Shown here: piece after piece, positions 1 to 10,980 of the stretch
Numbering within the stretch: the stretch's first letter is position 1
How the letters are laid out: every line of letters starts with the position of its first letter
DNA from: Hyphomicrobiaceae bacterium
Lineage (GTDB): Bacteria > Pseudomonadota > Alphaproteobacteria > Rhizobiales > Hyphomicrobiaceae
DNA: 64,000 nucleotides
Assembly (NCBI GenBank): GCA_036280295.1
Contig: DASURA010000369.1
Coordinates: forward strand, 1,341-65,340
Direction: 5' to 3'
Notes under the pieces: model-generated
Told to the model about the DNA's origin: nothing
Database searches by the model: none
What the model saw: the letters and a program-made list of their open reading frames with translations, nothing else
Program-made: the position numbers and the translations under genes

Positions 1-618
1 CCGCTCGCACCGGCCAACAGACCTGGGCGCAGCGCGTCGGTCACATCGCCATCCAGCTACCTCGGTCGCTTTGCGCCCGCCTACGCCGGCCCGGCTGCGC
101 ACGACCTACCCCGAAATCCCCACCATGCCTGACATGCGTCGCACCAGACCGCAGCGACTCCGCGACATCGACTCGAGCCTGCGCCAGGCCTACCGGCACT
201 GGCAGGCGCCGACCCTGCACCCGTCCGTACACGCACCGCACCAATCTCGACCACGACCACCAACGAGGACTCCCATGGCATCCCCCCGCCGCTTCCCCAG
301 CACGTCACCGCTACAGCGAGCTGCCGCCCAGATTCGGGCCGCTCTACGAGTCGGCCGACTCCGACGATGAGTTGTCCGTTCCCGGCAAGGTCTTGGCTGG
401 CTACAGGCTCGAGGGCGCCAACAATCCCCACGCCAGCGCGCAGGCCACGCGTTTGACGCGCTCTGTGGTCGCTGCTTGTGAGTTGCGCCACGTCCGGTGC
501 GGAACGCGAAGCGCAAACGCTGCGAGGCTCAGAGTCGTGGCTCAGAGCCCGACGCAGCATCGTCGCCGCAATGGCGCGACCAGCATCTTGCGTGGTCCCG
601 CTCACATCGTAGACGCTC

Positions 619-650
619 GGTGCAATGCGCTTCGCTTATTGCACCCTACA
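619..650. repeat. REP-like hairpin, variant of family A, just 3' of the TIGR02302-family gene stop
   Basis: GGTGCAAT-gcgcttcgctt-ATTGCACCCTACA. It has the same hairpin plus CCCTAC tail as the copies at 8167-8251 and 11888-11970, and like them lies within about 20 nt of a minus-strand stop codon. Confidence 0.45.
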
Positions 651-666
651 CAGAGCACTCTACGGA

Positions 667-3273
667 TCAGAACCGCTTCAGCAGCCGCTCCAGGTACTCC
701 AGCTCGAGCGGCGGTCGCGTGGTCTCGCCGAGACGACGGCGCAGCTCTTCCAGGATTTCGCGCGCCCGCTGCACGTCGATCTCGTCCGGCACCTTGACGG
801 TGCTGCCGGGATCCTGGCCGTCCGTATGCTGCGGCGGCCGGCCCATCGGGTCGAGCTCGGTGCGGCCGCCCGTCATGCCGTAGCGCGACGGCATCTGCTT
901 CAACATCTGCTGGGCCATGTCGCGGGCACCCTGGCGCAGCTGCTCCAGCGCCCTGGTCTCCTGATCCGCCCCACCGCCCAGATCACCGTTACGCAGCGAC
1001 CGCTGGGCCCGCCCCATCGACCCTTCGGCACCACCGAGCTGCCCCGGCGGCTGCACGCCCAGCTCCCTGAGCTCCTGCTGCAGGCGGCCCAGCCGCTCGC
1101 GCAGCGCGCGCTGGCGCTCGCTGAGCCCGCTGCCATCCTGATCGCCGGAGCCGCCTTCGCCCTGACCCTTCTTCTGCCCTTGGCCCATCTGTCCTGGGCC
1201 CTTCTGGCCCTGGCCGTCCTTCTGGCCGCCCCTCTGGCCGCGCTGGCCGTTCTTGTCGCGCTGCTGCTGGCCGAAGGTATCGTCAAGCAACTTCTGCTGC
1301 TGGCTGACGATATCGCCGAACTCGTCCATCATCTTGCCGAAGCGGCGGCTCTGGCCCTGGTCCGCCATCCGACCCGACTGCAGGCGGTCGAGCAGGTCGC
1401 GCAGATCGCTCAGCATCTGCTGGGCCATGTCGCGATTGCCGGAGCGGGCCATGTTCTCCAGATTGCGCAGCATCTGGTCCAGGTCCTGCTGCGTCAGCAT
1501 CTCCATGTTGCGGTTCATGCCCTGCATCGGCTGCTGGCCGTCGGCCTGCCTGGCGAGCTGGTCCATGAACTGCGCCAGCGCCTGGCGCAGCTCCTGCATC
1601 AGCCGCGCGATCTCCTCCTCGCTGGCACCGTCGCGCAGCGCCTCCTGCAGCCGATCCTGTGCGGCGCGCAGCGCCCGTTCGGCATCCGACAAGTCGCCGT
1701 CCTCGATACGCAGCGCCACATGCCAGAGCTGCGCCATCACGCTGCTGCGCGTCTCGCGCGTCAGATCACCGAGGAGCAGACGCCGGTCGGCCGAGCGCAG
1801 GCCGAGAAACACCTTGAGGTCATCAATGAAGCCTTCCGGCTCCATGGTGAGCCCGTCGATGGCCTTGGCCACCAGCAGCCGATTGCGCGAGTCCTCTCCC
1901 AGGTGGCGGCGCTGCTCCACCACGGCCCGTGCCAACGGCTTGGTGAAGCGCCGCTCCGGCAGCGTGATCTCGATGGTCTCGCTCTTGCCCACCTGCCCGG
2001 CTAGGTCGCGCGCCACCAGCGTGAGCTCAACCCGCATGCCGGCCCAGGGGTGGTCGCCGATCTCATGCAGCGTGTGCCCCTCGACCCGTTTCGGGTAGGA
2101 GCGCTTCAAGTTCAGGGACAGCACCGGCGGCCGCTCGTAGGGCAGCCGCGGGCCCTCGTTCGGCGGCCGCGCCCAGGCGGTCGAGGACGTATCGGGCTTC
2201 TCCGGGATGCGCCTTATCTTTGCCTCGGCCGAGGTGATGCCATAGTCGTCCTCGGCCTTGTAGAACACCTTGAGGCCACCGCGTGGCGTCCGCTCGGGCG
2301 GCTTCACCAGCGTGATCTTGGGCGCATGGTCGGGCGTGACGGCAAAGCTCCAGGATGCCACCTCGGTGTCGCTGCTGAAGGCGCGGATGGTGCCGGATTT
2401 CCTGACCTCCAGCTTCAGCTCAAGCGCCTCGGCCGGGTTGGCCGCCACCGGCGCCTCCAGCCGTCGCGGCGCGTCGCCATCCGCATCCGGCACCTCCAGC
2501 GCCAATCCGTGCATGCCGGCCCCGCTGGCGCGGACGATCAGCACGCTGCGGTCGGGCACCTCGATCGTTCCGGCCGGGCGGTTCTCCTGGTTGCGCGCGA
2601 GCGACAGCCCGCCGTCAGCCAGCATCACCGGCGGCTTGCCGGTGTAGGCGGGCGGCGTGATCCAGGCATCAAGGCGCGCTTCCGCCCCCTTGGCCAGCGG
2701 GCTCAGGCGGAAAGCCGACCACAGCCGGTCGGCAGCGCTGTCGCCCACCACAACGGTCAGCACCAGCACCGTCAGCAGCAGCAGGGCACGCAGCGCCAGG
2801 GGATCATGCCGGTCGGTGCGCGGCGTCGGCGTGCCGACGCGCAGCCGGGCCAGGGCCTCCGCCAGCCGCCGCCGGTGCACCGCCCACAACGCCGCGGTGC
2901 GGGCGTCTCCGCCATCCTGGCTCAGCGTGTCCTCATAGGAAGACGCCGGGCGGTGCCGGACGCCTGAGACACTTTCAACGCGCCGGATCGCCTCCGCGCG
3001 CGTCGGCCAGCGCACCCGCGTGAGCGCGATGACGCCCGCCGCCGCGGCGAGACCAAACAGCCCGAGGACAATCTTGTGCGGCAGCTCGGGCAGGCGTGGC
3101 CACAGGCCGACAAGCGAGACCAGAATGAACAGTCCGGCGATGCCCAGCAGCAGCCAGATGCGCGGCCACAGCCGCTCAAACAGCAGCGCCAGCTTGCTCA
3201 GCAGCACCTTGCGCTCGAACGTGCGCTCCGGGCCGGGCTCGATGATCCTGTGTCGTCCTGACATGGCTGTCAC
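667..3273 (-). CDS. TIGR02302/DUF4175-family membrane protein (alphaproteobacterial, with low-complexity region)
   Basis: 868-aa ORF. N-terminal TM segments (LLLGIAGLFILVSLVGLW, VLGLFGLAAAAGVIAL), a long charged middle part, and a Gly/Gln/Lys low-complexity stretch (GQRGQRGGQKDGQGQKGPGQMGQGQKKGQGEGG) typical of this family. GTG start at 3273, alternative ATG at 3264. Confidence 0.8.
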   Translation of the reverse strand: MTAMSGRHRIIEPGPERTFERKVLLSKLALLFERLWPRIWLLLGIAGLFILVSLVGLWPRLPELPHKIVLGLFGLAAAAGVIALTRVRWPTRAEAIRRVESVSGVRHRPASSYEDTLSQDGGDARTAALWAVHRRRLAEALARLRVGTPTPRTDRHDPLALRALLLLTVLVLTVVVGDSAADRLWSAFRLSPLAKGAEARLDAWITPPAYTGKPPVMLADGGLSLARNQENRPAGTIEVPDRSVLIVRASGAGMHGLALEVPDADGDAPRRLEAPVAANPAEALELKLEVRKSGTIRAFSSDTEVASWSFAVTPDHAPKITLVKPPERTPRGGLKVFYKAEDDYGITSAEAKIRRIPEKPDTSSTAWARPPNEGPRLPYERPPVLSLNLKRSYPKRVEGHTLHEIGDHPWAGMRVELTLVARDLAGQVGKSETIEITLPERRFTKPLARAVVEQRRHLGEDSRNRLLVAKAIDGLTMEPEGFIDDLKVFLGLRSADRRLLLGDLTRETRSSVMAQLWHVALRIEDGDLSDAERALRAAQDRLQEALRDGASEEEIARLMQELRQALAQFMDQLARQADGQQPMQGMNRNMEMLTQQDLDQMLRNLENMARSGNRDMAQQMLSDLRDLLDRLQSGRMADQGQSRRFGKMMDEFGDIVSQQQKLLDDTFGQQQRDKNGQRGQRGGQKDGQGQKGPGQMGQGQKKGQGEGGSGDQDGSGLSERQRALRERLGRLQQELRELGVQPPGQLGGAEGSMGRAQRSLRNGDLGGGADQETRALEQLRQGARDMAQQMLKQMPSRYGMTGGRTELDPMGRPPQHTDGQDPGSTVKVPDEIDVQRAREILEELRRRLGETTRPPLELEYLERLLKRF

Positions 3274-3526
3274 TCTATCACGGCAGACTGTCGGCGCAGC
3301 GAGATTTTATCGGCACTTCAACGCCAAGTGACCGAACGTTGTGCGAGCATTGCGGCACGGCGACGGCGCAGATTCGCTGCCGGGCGTTGGATCGCCGCTC
3401 TCGGCGTCACCGCGTGTTCCGCCCTGGCGACTGCACGGATAACTGGTTTCCGAGGAAGTTCATCCTTTGTTCTTGACCATCCGCAGGCCAAGTATTAAGC
3501 CTTTCTGCAGCAGGCGGGGAAGGCAG

Positions 3527-5056
3527 ATGTACGGCCAGATCTCTACCGTTGCGTTTGTCGGCATCGAGGCCAAGCCGGTCGAGGTGCAGGTACGCATCAG
3601 CGGCGGCAAGCATGTGTTCGCCATTGTCGGCCTGCCCGACAAGGCGGTGGCGGAAAGTCGCGAGCGCGTGCGCAACGCCCTGCACGCCGTCGGTCTTGGC
3701 CTGCCGTTCAAGCACATTACCGTCAATCTGGCACCGGCCGACCTGCCAAAGGAGGGCAGCCACTTCGACCTGCCCGTCGCGCTGGCCATGATGGTGGCGA
3801 TGGGTGCGATCTCGCCCGACGCCATCGAGGGCTTCGCCGCCATCGGCGAGCTGGCTCTCGATGCCGCGGTGCGGGCAGTGCCGGGCGCGCTGCCGGCGGC
3901 GATCGGCGCCAATGCCCTGGGCAAGGGACTCATCTGCCCAGCCGCATCGGGGCCGGAGGCGGCCTGGGCCGATGCAGACATGTCGGTGCTGGCGCCGCCG
4001 CATCTCCTCTCCCTCGTCAATCATTTCAAAGGGTTGCAAACCCTGGCGCGGCCCAAGCCATGCATGGACGCGGATGACGAGGCGCAGCCGGATCTCGCCG
4101 ATGTGAAAGGCCAGGAGAGCGCCAAGCGCGTGCTTGAGGTCGCGGCGGCCGGCGGCCACAACCTGCTGATGATTGGTGCCCCTGGCGCGGGCAAGTCGAT
4201 GCTGGCCGCCCGCCTGCCCTCGATCCTGCCGCCGCTCAGTCCCGAGGAGATGCTGGAGGTCTCCATGGTGCACTCGCTGGCGGGAGAGCTGCTGGGCGGG
4301 AGGATCGCCACCCGGCGCCCGTTCCGCGCCCCGCATCATTCCGCCAGCATGGCGGCGCTGGTTGGAGGCGGCTCCAAGCCGCGCCCGGGCGAGGTATCGC
4401 TCGCGCACCTGGGCGTGCTGTTCCTGGATGAGCTGCCGGAGTTCCAGCCGAATGTGCTCGACGCCTTGCGCCAGCCGCTGGAGGCTGGCGAGACGGTGAT
4501 CGCCCGCGCCAACCACCGCATCTCCTACCCCTCGCGCATCCAGCTGGTCGCGGCCATGAACCCCTGCAAATGCGGGGCGAGCACGCCGGGCCAAAGCTGC
4601 CGGCGCGGCCCGCGCTGCGCCGATGATTACCAGGCGCGCATATCCGGCCCGCTGCTCGACCGCATCGATCTGCAGATCGAGGTGCCATCGGTCTCGGCCG
4701 CGGATCTGGTGCTGCCTGCGCCCACCGAAGGCAGCAGCGAGGTGCGCGCCCGCGTGATCGCCGCCCGCGAGCGCCAGCGCGCCCGCTTCGCCGCGCTCGG
4801 CGCCAAGGGCGTGCGCACCAATGCCGAGTGCTCAGGCAAGCTGCTGGAAGCGGTCGCCATGCCGGAGCAGGACGGCGTCGCCCTGCTGCGCCAGGCATCG
4901 GAAGCGCTGGCGCTGTCCGCCCGCGGCTTCCACCGCGTCCTGCGCGTGGCCCGCACGCTGGCAGATCTCGACGGCGTGGAAAAGGTGCTGCGCGTTCACG
5001 TCGCCGAGGCACTGAGCTACCGCGGCGAGACATTGCGCCAGCAGCGGGCAGCGTGA
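3527..5056 (+). CDS. comM: YifB/ComM family Mg-chelatase-like AAA+ ATPase
   Basis: ORF 3467-5056. ATG 3527 is preceded by GGGGAAGG. N-terminus MYGQISTVAFVGIEAKPVEVQV, Walker A GAPGAGKSMLA, Walker B VLFLDELPEF, ChlI-type C-terminal domain. Confidence 0.9.
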   Translation: MYGQISTVAFVGIEAKPVEVQVRISGGKHVFAIVGLPDKAVAESRERVRNALHAVGLGLPFKHITVNLAPADLPKEGSHFDLPVALAMMVAMGAISPDAIEGFAAIGELALDAAVRAVPGALPAAIGANALGKGLICPAASGPEAAWADADMSVLAPPHLLSLVNHFKGLQTLARPKPCMDADDEAQPDLADVKGQESAKRVLEVAAAGGHNLLMIGAPGAGKSMLAARLPSILPPLSPEEMLEVSMVHSLAGELLGGRIATRRPFRAPHHSASMAALVGGGSKPRPGEVSLAHLGVLFLDELPEFQPNVLDALRQPLEAGETVIARANHRISYPSRIQLVAAMNPCKCGASTPGQSCRRGPRCADDYQARISGPLLDRIDLQIEVPSVSAADLVLPAPTEGSSEVRARVIAARERQRARFAALGAKGVRTNAECSGKLLEAVAMPEQDGVALLRQASEALALSARGFHRVLRVARTLADLDGVEKVLRVHVAEALSYRGETLRQQRAA

Positions 5057-5152
5057 GACCCGGTGTTTCAGTCGCGTGTCCGGAATGATGATATGATTAT
5101 TTGGGAGGGAAATTGACCGAGCTGGAGCAGAGAGTTACCCGACTGAAGCGGG

Positions 5153-5308
5153 ATGAAGTCGATCCCCGAGATCATTGATCTACAAGCTCGTGCGAACGAA
5201 TCGCGGTTCATCGCGCTGTTCGCCGAACTCAATACGATCAAGTGTGAGGTGAAGGCACTGCCACGTATTCTCGCCGAGACGTTGGCGGAGCGTGGCAAGG
5301 AGGGCTGA
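5153..5308 (+). CDS. Small hypothetical protein (51 aa) in a low-GC islet between convergent comM and ureG
   Basis: My own translation: MKSIPEIIDLQARANESRFIALFAELNTIKCEVKALPRILAETLAERGKEG. It falls below the ORF-track length cutoff. Its 5' end is overlapped by a 21-codon TTG ORF (5113-5178, LTELEQRVTRLKRDEVDPRDH) in another frame that has a GGGAGGG RBS. The RBS for this ATG is weak. Confidence 0.25.
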   Translation: MKSIPEIIDLQARANESRFIALFAELNTIKCEVKALPRILAETLAERGKEG

Positions 5309-5324
5309 GCGTTGTTGTCTTGCG

Positions 5325-5942
5325 CTACCCCAGCCCCCCGGCCCGCTCAACGAACGCCGCCACCTCCGCGGCGCCGTCGCCCGACTTGAGGTTGGTGAAC
5401 ACGAACGGCCGCACGCCTCGCATGCGCCGGGTATCCGCCTCCATCACCTCCAGCGACGCGCCAACGTGGGGCGCGAGATCGGTCTTGTTGATGACAAGCA
5501 GGTCCGAGCGGGTGATGCCGGGGCCCCCCTTTCTGGGGATCTTCTCGCCCTGGGCCACATCGATCACATAGATCGTGAGATCGGCCAGCTCGGGGCTGAA
5601 GGTGGCGGCGAGGTTATCGCCACCCGACTCGATCAGGATCAACTCCAGCTCCGGAAAGCGCCACTGCATGTCCGCCACGGCGGCCAGATTGATCGACGCA
5701 TCCTCGCGGATCGCCGTGTGCGGGCAACCGCCGGTCTCGACGCCCATGATGCGCTCAACGGGGAGCGCACCGGCGCGCGTCAGGATCAGCGCGTCCTCCT
5801 TTGTGTAGATGTCGTTGGTGATGGCGCAGATGTCGTAGCGGTCACGGAACGCCTTGCACAGCGCCTCCATCAGCGCCGTCTTGCCGGAGCCGACCGGCCC
5901 GCCGATGCCGACGCGCAGCGGACCATTGGGGGAATTGCTCAT
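5325..5942 (-). CDS. ureG: Urease accessory GTPase UreG
   Basis: 205 aa. P-loop [27 protein letters not shown] and NKTDL motifs; located in the urease cluster. Confidence 0.97.
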   Translation of the reverse strand: MSNSPNGPLRVGIGGPVGSGKTALMEALCKAFRDRYDICAITNDIYTKEDALILTRAGALPVERIMGVETGGCPHTAIREDASINLAAVADMQWRFPELELILIESGGDNLAATFSPELADLTIYVIDVAQGEKIPRKGGPGITRSDLLVINKTDLAPHVGASLEVMEADTRRMRGVRPFVFTNLKSGDGAAEVAAFVERAGGLG

Positions 5943-6325
5943 GCGCGTGCTGGCTCCTGCCTCGCTGTCGAATGGGGCATGCCGCCAGCGGCGGCCCTGC
6001 AGGCAGGGACATTAGAGCGTGATCGCCGGAGGTGGAACCACCGCAGGCGTGATTCACGCGGCCAAACAGAAACTGGAGCATGAACCGAGAACGCAAGCGA
6101 ACGGATCGCGCTCAAGCGATTGCTCCACGCGCCCGCAAAGGGCGGACCAGCGAAAACATGCCCGGACCGCACGCACGGCAAGCAAAGACGGCCCGCAGCG
6201 CGCCGTCGCACACCGCAGGCTGCCCGGCAGATCAGCGTTGCGCCGCCGATCGTGCGGATGACGCCTGGCTCGCGACCAGGCTCTTGAGCGAGTCCCAGAT
6301 GCTGTGCAGACCGGCACCGCCCGCA

Positions 6326-6682
6326 TCAGCCACCAGGCCGTTGCCGGCGGCACCGGCGGCTGCGTCCACCGAAATCCGCGGCGCTGCGACCGTGGCCGCC
6401 GTGATCTCCTTTGAACAGCGCCATCTGTGCCAGCGTCGCCGGGCCGGCAACGCCGTCGGCCGTCAGGCCGTTCCTCTTCTGGTGCTCGCGCAGCGCTACC
6501 GCCGTACCGGCGCCGAACACCCCGTCGGCTTCGACGCCAAGCCTTTCCTGCAGCTTCTTGACGGCGTTGCCACGCGCGTCCTGCTGCAACAGCACCAGCT
6601 CATGGAGGCCGATCGTCATGAAGGTAACCGGGCCGGCGACGCCGTCCGCAGCCAGACCGTTCCTGGTCTGCCAGTCCTTCAT
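6326..6682 (-). CDS. Peptidoglycan-binding (PG_binding_1-like) domain protein embedded in the urease cluster; 3' end probably frameshifted
   Basis: 118 aa. One complete PG_binding_1-like repeat (AVKKLQERLGVEADGVFGAGTAVALREHQKRNGLTADGVAGPATLAQM) and a half repeat at the N-terminus (KDWQTRNGLAADGVAGPVT). RBS GGAGAAGG lies before ATG 6682. An alternative frame continues plausibly to 6232. Confidence 0.6.
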   Translation of the reverse strand: MKDWQTRNGLAADGVAGPVTFMTIGLHELVLLQQDARGNAVKKLQERLGVEADGVFGAGTAVALREHQKRNGLTADGVAGPATLAQMALFKGDHGGHGRSAADFGGRSRRCRRQRPGG

Positions 6683-6904
6683 CGCCTTCTCCGATATCCA
6701 TTGGGCACGCTCCCGGATGGGCCGGCTGCAACCAATTGAGCCGCAGCGGCGACGATGACTGCGGAACTACTCAGTCTTATCTCCCCGCCCGGGGCCTATC
6801 CAAGTCTAAGCGCGTCTGAAGGCATTGCGGCTGTGCGCGACGCCGGAAGCCGTGCCGCCGTGTCGTGCAGCCATCACCGCCGCCGCAACCTCCACCCAGT
6901 CGCG

Positions 6905-7624
6905 TTACGACCGGAACAGCCGCGTATACTGCGTTTCATGCCGCATCGAGGCGATGTCCGCCATCACCGCAGCACCGCCGACATCTTCAACGCTGGCCTC
7001 CAGCGCACCGGTCACGATCTCCGGGAACAACGGCTCCAGCCGCGCCAGCACCCGCAGCCCGTCGGTCTGCCCCAGCGGCACAAGCCGCACGCCGGCCGAG
7101 ACCAGGTTGGCGGCGAACGCCTGCACGAACGCCTGCGCCGTCGCCGCCAAGGGCAGGCCATGCGCCGCCGCACAGGCGCCGACGGCGATGGGATAGGCGA
7201 TGTCCGGCGCCATCACCGTCAGCCGCTCGAGCGCCGGCACCGGCCACACGGCCCGTGTCGCGGAAAGAAACGCCGCTCCCTGCGCCAGCGTTTCCAGACG
7301 CCGCTCTGCCGACGAGGTGAAGGCCGCTGCCAGCTCGGCAACCTCGGCGAGGCGGCGCTCGTCGCGGGCTTCAGTTGCGCGCCAGGCCTCGGCCAGCAGG
7401 ATGGCATCCGACCGGCCGGTGCCGTGTCTCAGGATGTCCTCGATCCAATCCCCAAGGGTGGTGGCGTCGCGTATCCTGCCGGCCTCGACGATCCACTCCT
7501 GTCCGTGCGAGTAGCTGAAGGCGCCCACCGGATATGCCGGCGACAGCCAGATCATCAGTCGGCAAAGGGATGCCGAGCCCACAGGGTCCGACACAGTCCG
7601 CGGCGTGCCCTGGTCAGACGACAT
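6905..7624 (-). CDS. ureF: Urease accessory protein UreF
   Basis: 239 aa. LMIWLSPAYPVGAFSYSHGQEW N-terminal signature of UreF; lies between ureE and ureG. Confidence 0.93.
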   Translation of the reverse strand: MSSDQGTPRTVSDPVGSASLCRLMIWLSPAYPVGAFSYSHGQEWIVEAGRIRDATTLGDWIEDILRHGTGRSDAILLAEAWRATEARDERRLAEVAELAAAFTSSAERRLETLAQGAAFLSATRAVWPVPALERLTVMAPDIAYPIAVGACAAAHGLPLAATAQAFVQAFAANLVSAGVRLVPLGQTDGLRVLARLEPLFPEIVTGALEASVEDVGGAAVMADIASMRHETQYTRLFRS

Positions 7625-7629
7625 CGGCT

Positions 7630-8151
7630 CTAGTGGCTGTGATCGTGGTCGTGGCTGTGATGATGCAGATGGCCATCGCCGTGGTCGTGGCTGTGCCCGT
7701 GCGCATGCCCCCGCACCGCACCCTGACCATAAGCCCCGCCCTCCGGATTGAATGGCCGCTCTACGCTGTGCACCGCCGCCCCCAGGCCCCGCGCCATGTC
7801 GGCGATGACGTGGTCCTCGCGGATGTAGACGACGCGAGCGCCGATCTCGGTGGCGAGGTGGCGGTTGCCGAGGTGCCAGGCGATGCGCGCCAACGCGCGC
7901 TCGTCGGCGCAGCCGATCTCCAGCAGCCGCTCCCGCGCCGCTTCCACCGCGACGACGCGGCCGTCCTCCAGCTTCAGGCCATCACCGGCAAGCAGCACGG
8001 GCGTCTTGGCGAGGTCGAGCAGGAACTCCAGGCCGCCCACCGCCCGCAACGCGATGCGCCGCCTTGTGCGGCGGTCGTAGTCGAGTCGCACGACATCGAC
8101 GGGTGTCGCATTCCAAAGGCCGGCACGGACGATTTCGGTGGCTCTCAGCAT
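7630..8151 (-). CDS. ureE: Urease accessory metallochaperone UreE
   Basis: 173 aa. UreE core (LGNRHL motif) and a His-rich Ni-binding tail HAHGHSHDHGDGHLHHHSHDHDHSH. Confidence 0.93.
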   Translation of the reverse strand: MLRATEIVRAGLWNATPVDVVRLDYDRRTRRRIALRAVGGLEFLLDLAKTPVLLAGDGLKLEDGRVVAVEAARERLLEIGCADERALARIAWHLGNRHLATEIGARVVYIREDHVIADMARGLGAAVHSVERPFNPEGGAYGQGAVRGHAHGHSHDHGDGHLHHHSHDHDHSH

Positions 8152-8166
8152 CGCGGGGTCTCGTAC

Positions 8167-8251
8167 GGTGGGTTAGCCGCGCAGCGGCGTAACCCACCGA
8201 GTTCGGGGCGTCCGTGGTGGGTTACGGCCCTGCGAGCCTAACCCACCCTAC
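8167..8251. repeat. REP family A: tandem pair of GGTGGGTTA...TAACCCACC hairpins between ureC and ureE
   Basis: GGTGGGTTAgccgcgcagcggcgTAACCCACC (8167-8198) and GGTGGGTTAcggccctgcgagccTAACCCACCCTAC (8216-8251). The second hairpin ends 2 nt from the ureC stop. Confidence 0.8.
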
Positions 8252-8252
8252 A

Positions 8253-9965
<1,713 letters not shown>

Positions 9966-10058
9966 GGGTCTTCTTCCCTATCTAGAATCGGCAATAGCGG
10001 GACGCGGAAAGAGGCCGGACCGGGAATTGTTTGCCACGCTCGCAGCAGGCGCGGCAGG

Positions 10059-10190
10059 ATTCCCCTCCCCCCTTGCGGGGAGGGTTGGGGGTCGGGGGTT
10101 TCGCGACCTTATATGTTCTGCAATCCACCCATTTCGACGTCCTGCAAGCCTCCCCACCCTGTCCCTCCCCCACAAGGGGGGGAGGGAACG
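10059..10190. repeat. REP/MITE-like family B element (copy 1) between ureB and ureC
   Basis: Two G/C-rich palindromes, CCCCTCCCCCCTTGCGGGGAGGG and CCCTCCCCCACAAGGGGGGGAGGG, flank a roughly 80-nt core. Related copies at 12691-12799 and 13671-13789. Confidence 0.85.
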
Positions 10191-10241
10191 ATGTGGCAGA
10201 CGGTTCGCTCCAGACCGCCCCCAGATGCGCTCCCGCCGCCA

Positions 10242-10547
10242 TCACAACCTCCCCATCACCTCCTGCCGGAACCCGTACACCTCGCGCTTGCCGGCGAACG
10301 GCACGAGCTGCACGTCGCGCGTCTGGCCAGGCTCGAAGCGCACGGCCGTGCCGGCAGCGATGTCGAGGCGGTGGCCGCGGGCTAAAGCGCGGTCGAACTT
10401 GAGCGCCGGGTTGGTCTCGGCGAAGTGGTAGTGCGAGCCGACCTGGATCGGCCGGTCGCCGGTGTTGGCCACCGTGAGGGTGATGGCGGAGCGTCCGGCA
10501 TTGAGCTCGATGTCGCCGTCAACAGTGATGATCTCACCTGGGGTCAT
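10242..10547 (-). CDS. ureB: Urease beta subunit UreB
   Basis: 101 aa. MTPGEI...[20 protein letters not shown] signature. Confidence 0.97.
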   Translation of the reverse strand: MTPGEIITVDGDIELNAGRSAITLTVANTGDRPIQVGSHYHFAETNPALKFDRALARGHRLDIAAGTAVRFEPGQTRDVQLVPFAGKREVYGFRQEVMGRL

Positions 10548-10557
10548 TGGTCTTCCT

Positions 10558-10648
10558 TGTCATCCCGGCGCTTGTCGCCGGGATCCATCTCGCAACTCAG
10601 GCCAGCGCATACTGATGGCTGGATGCCGGGGACAAGCTCCGGCATGAC
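10558..10648. repeat. REP/MITE-like family C: 31-bp terminal inverted repeat element between ureA and ureB
   Basis: TGTCATCCCGGCGCTTGTCGCCGGGATCCAT ... CTGGATGCCGGGGACAAGCTCCGGCATGACG, imperfect inverted arms around a loop of about 30 nt. The element fills nearly the whole 104-nt gap. Confidence 0.75.
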
Positions 10649-10651
10649 GAC

Positions 10652-10954
10652 CTAACGGATCGGCTTATGCACCGTCACCAGCTTGGTTCCGTCCGGGAAC
10701 GTCGCCTCCACCTGCACGTCGTGGATCATCTCGGCGATGCCCTCCATCACCTGGTCGCGCGCAATCACATGCGCGCCGGCCTCCATCAGGTCGGCGACGC
10801 TGCGGCCGTCGCGGGCGCCTTCGACGACGAAGTCTGTGATCAATGCCACCGCCTCTGGATGGTTGAGCTTGACGCCGCGCTCCAGCCGGCGCCGCGCCAC
10901 CATCGCGGCCACGGAGATCAAGAGCTTGTCCTTCTCGCGGGCGGTGAGGTTCAT
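10652..10954 (-). CDS. ureA: Urease gamma subunit UreA
   Basis: 100 aa. [13 protein letters not shown]...[12 protein letters not shown] signature. Confidence 0.97.
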   Translation of the reverse strand: MNLTAREKDKLLISVAAMVARRRLERGVKLNHPEAVALITDFVVEGARDGRSVADLMEAGAHVIARDQVMEGIAEMIHDVQVEATFPDGTKLVTVHKPIR

Positions 10955-10980
10955 CAGCTCCTCTAAGCGTTTCCCATGCA

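Noticed and set aside
1-666. Open frames on both strands at the left edge (for example 81-605 minus, 372-797 plus), and a possible C-terminal gene fragment ending at TGA about 127-129.
   Set aside because: No recognisable motifs, poor protein-like character, and all three plus frames stay open for long stretches. I cannot support any call here. I also saw no RNA-gene signature.
1139-1260. Periodic CTGGCC/CTTCTG-rich stretch that could be mistaken for a tandem repeat or CRISPR-like array.
   Set aside because: It encodes the Gly/Gln/Lys low-complexity segment characteristic of the TIGR02302 family, with no spacer/repeat structure. No CRISPR array was seen anywhere in the window.
625-2004. 459-aa plus-strand ORF overlapping the TIGR02302-family gene.
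   Set aside because: It is antisense to a gene with a clear family signature. Its composition (Leu/Ala/Arg/His/Gln runs) is typical of the mirror frame of high-GC genes. No RBS or recognisable domain.
5068-5298. 76-aa minus-strand ORF in the comM-ureG spacer.
   Set aside because: No RBS and Ser/Ile/Asn-rich, unprotein-like sequence. The plus-strand small ORFs fit better, although they too have low confidence.
5943-6231. 290-nt non-coding stretch upstream of ureG, examined for a riboswitch or small gene (for example the ORF at 5842-6096 overlapping the ureG start).
   Set aside because: I recognised no riboswitch-like conserved core. The ORF overlaps ureG out of frame and looks spurious.
7630-7700. 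Tandem-looking GTGGTCGTGGCTGTG repeats.
   Set aside because: This is the complement of the His/Asp-codon run encoding the UreE Ni-binding tail. It is a coding low-complexity region, not a repeat element.
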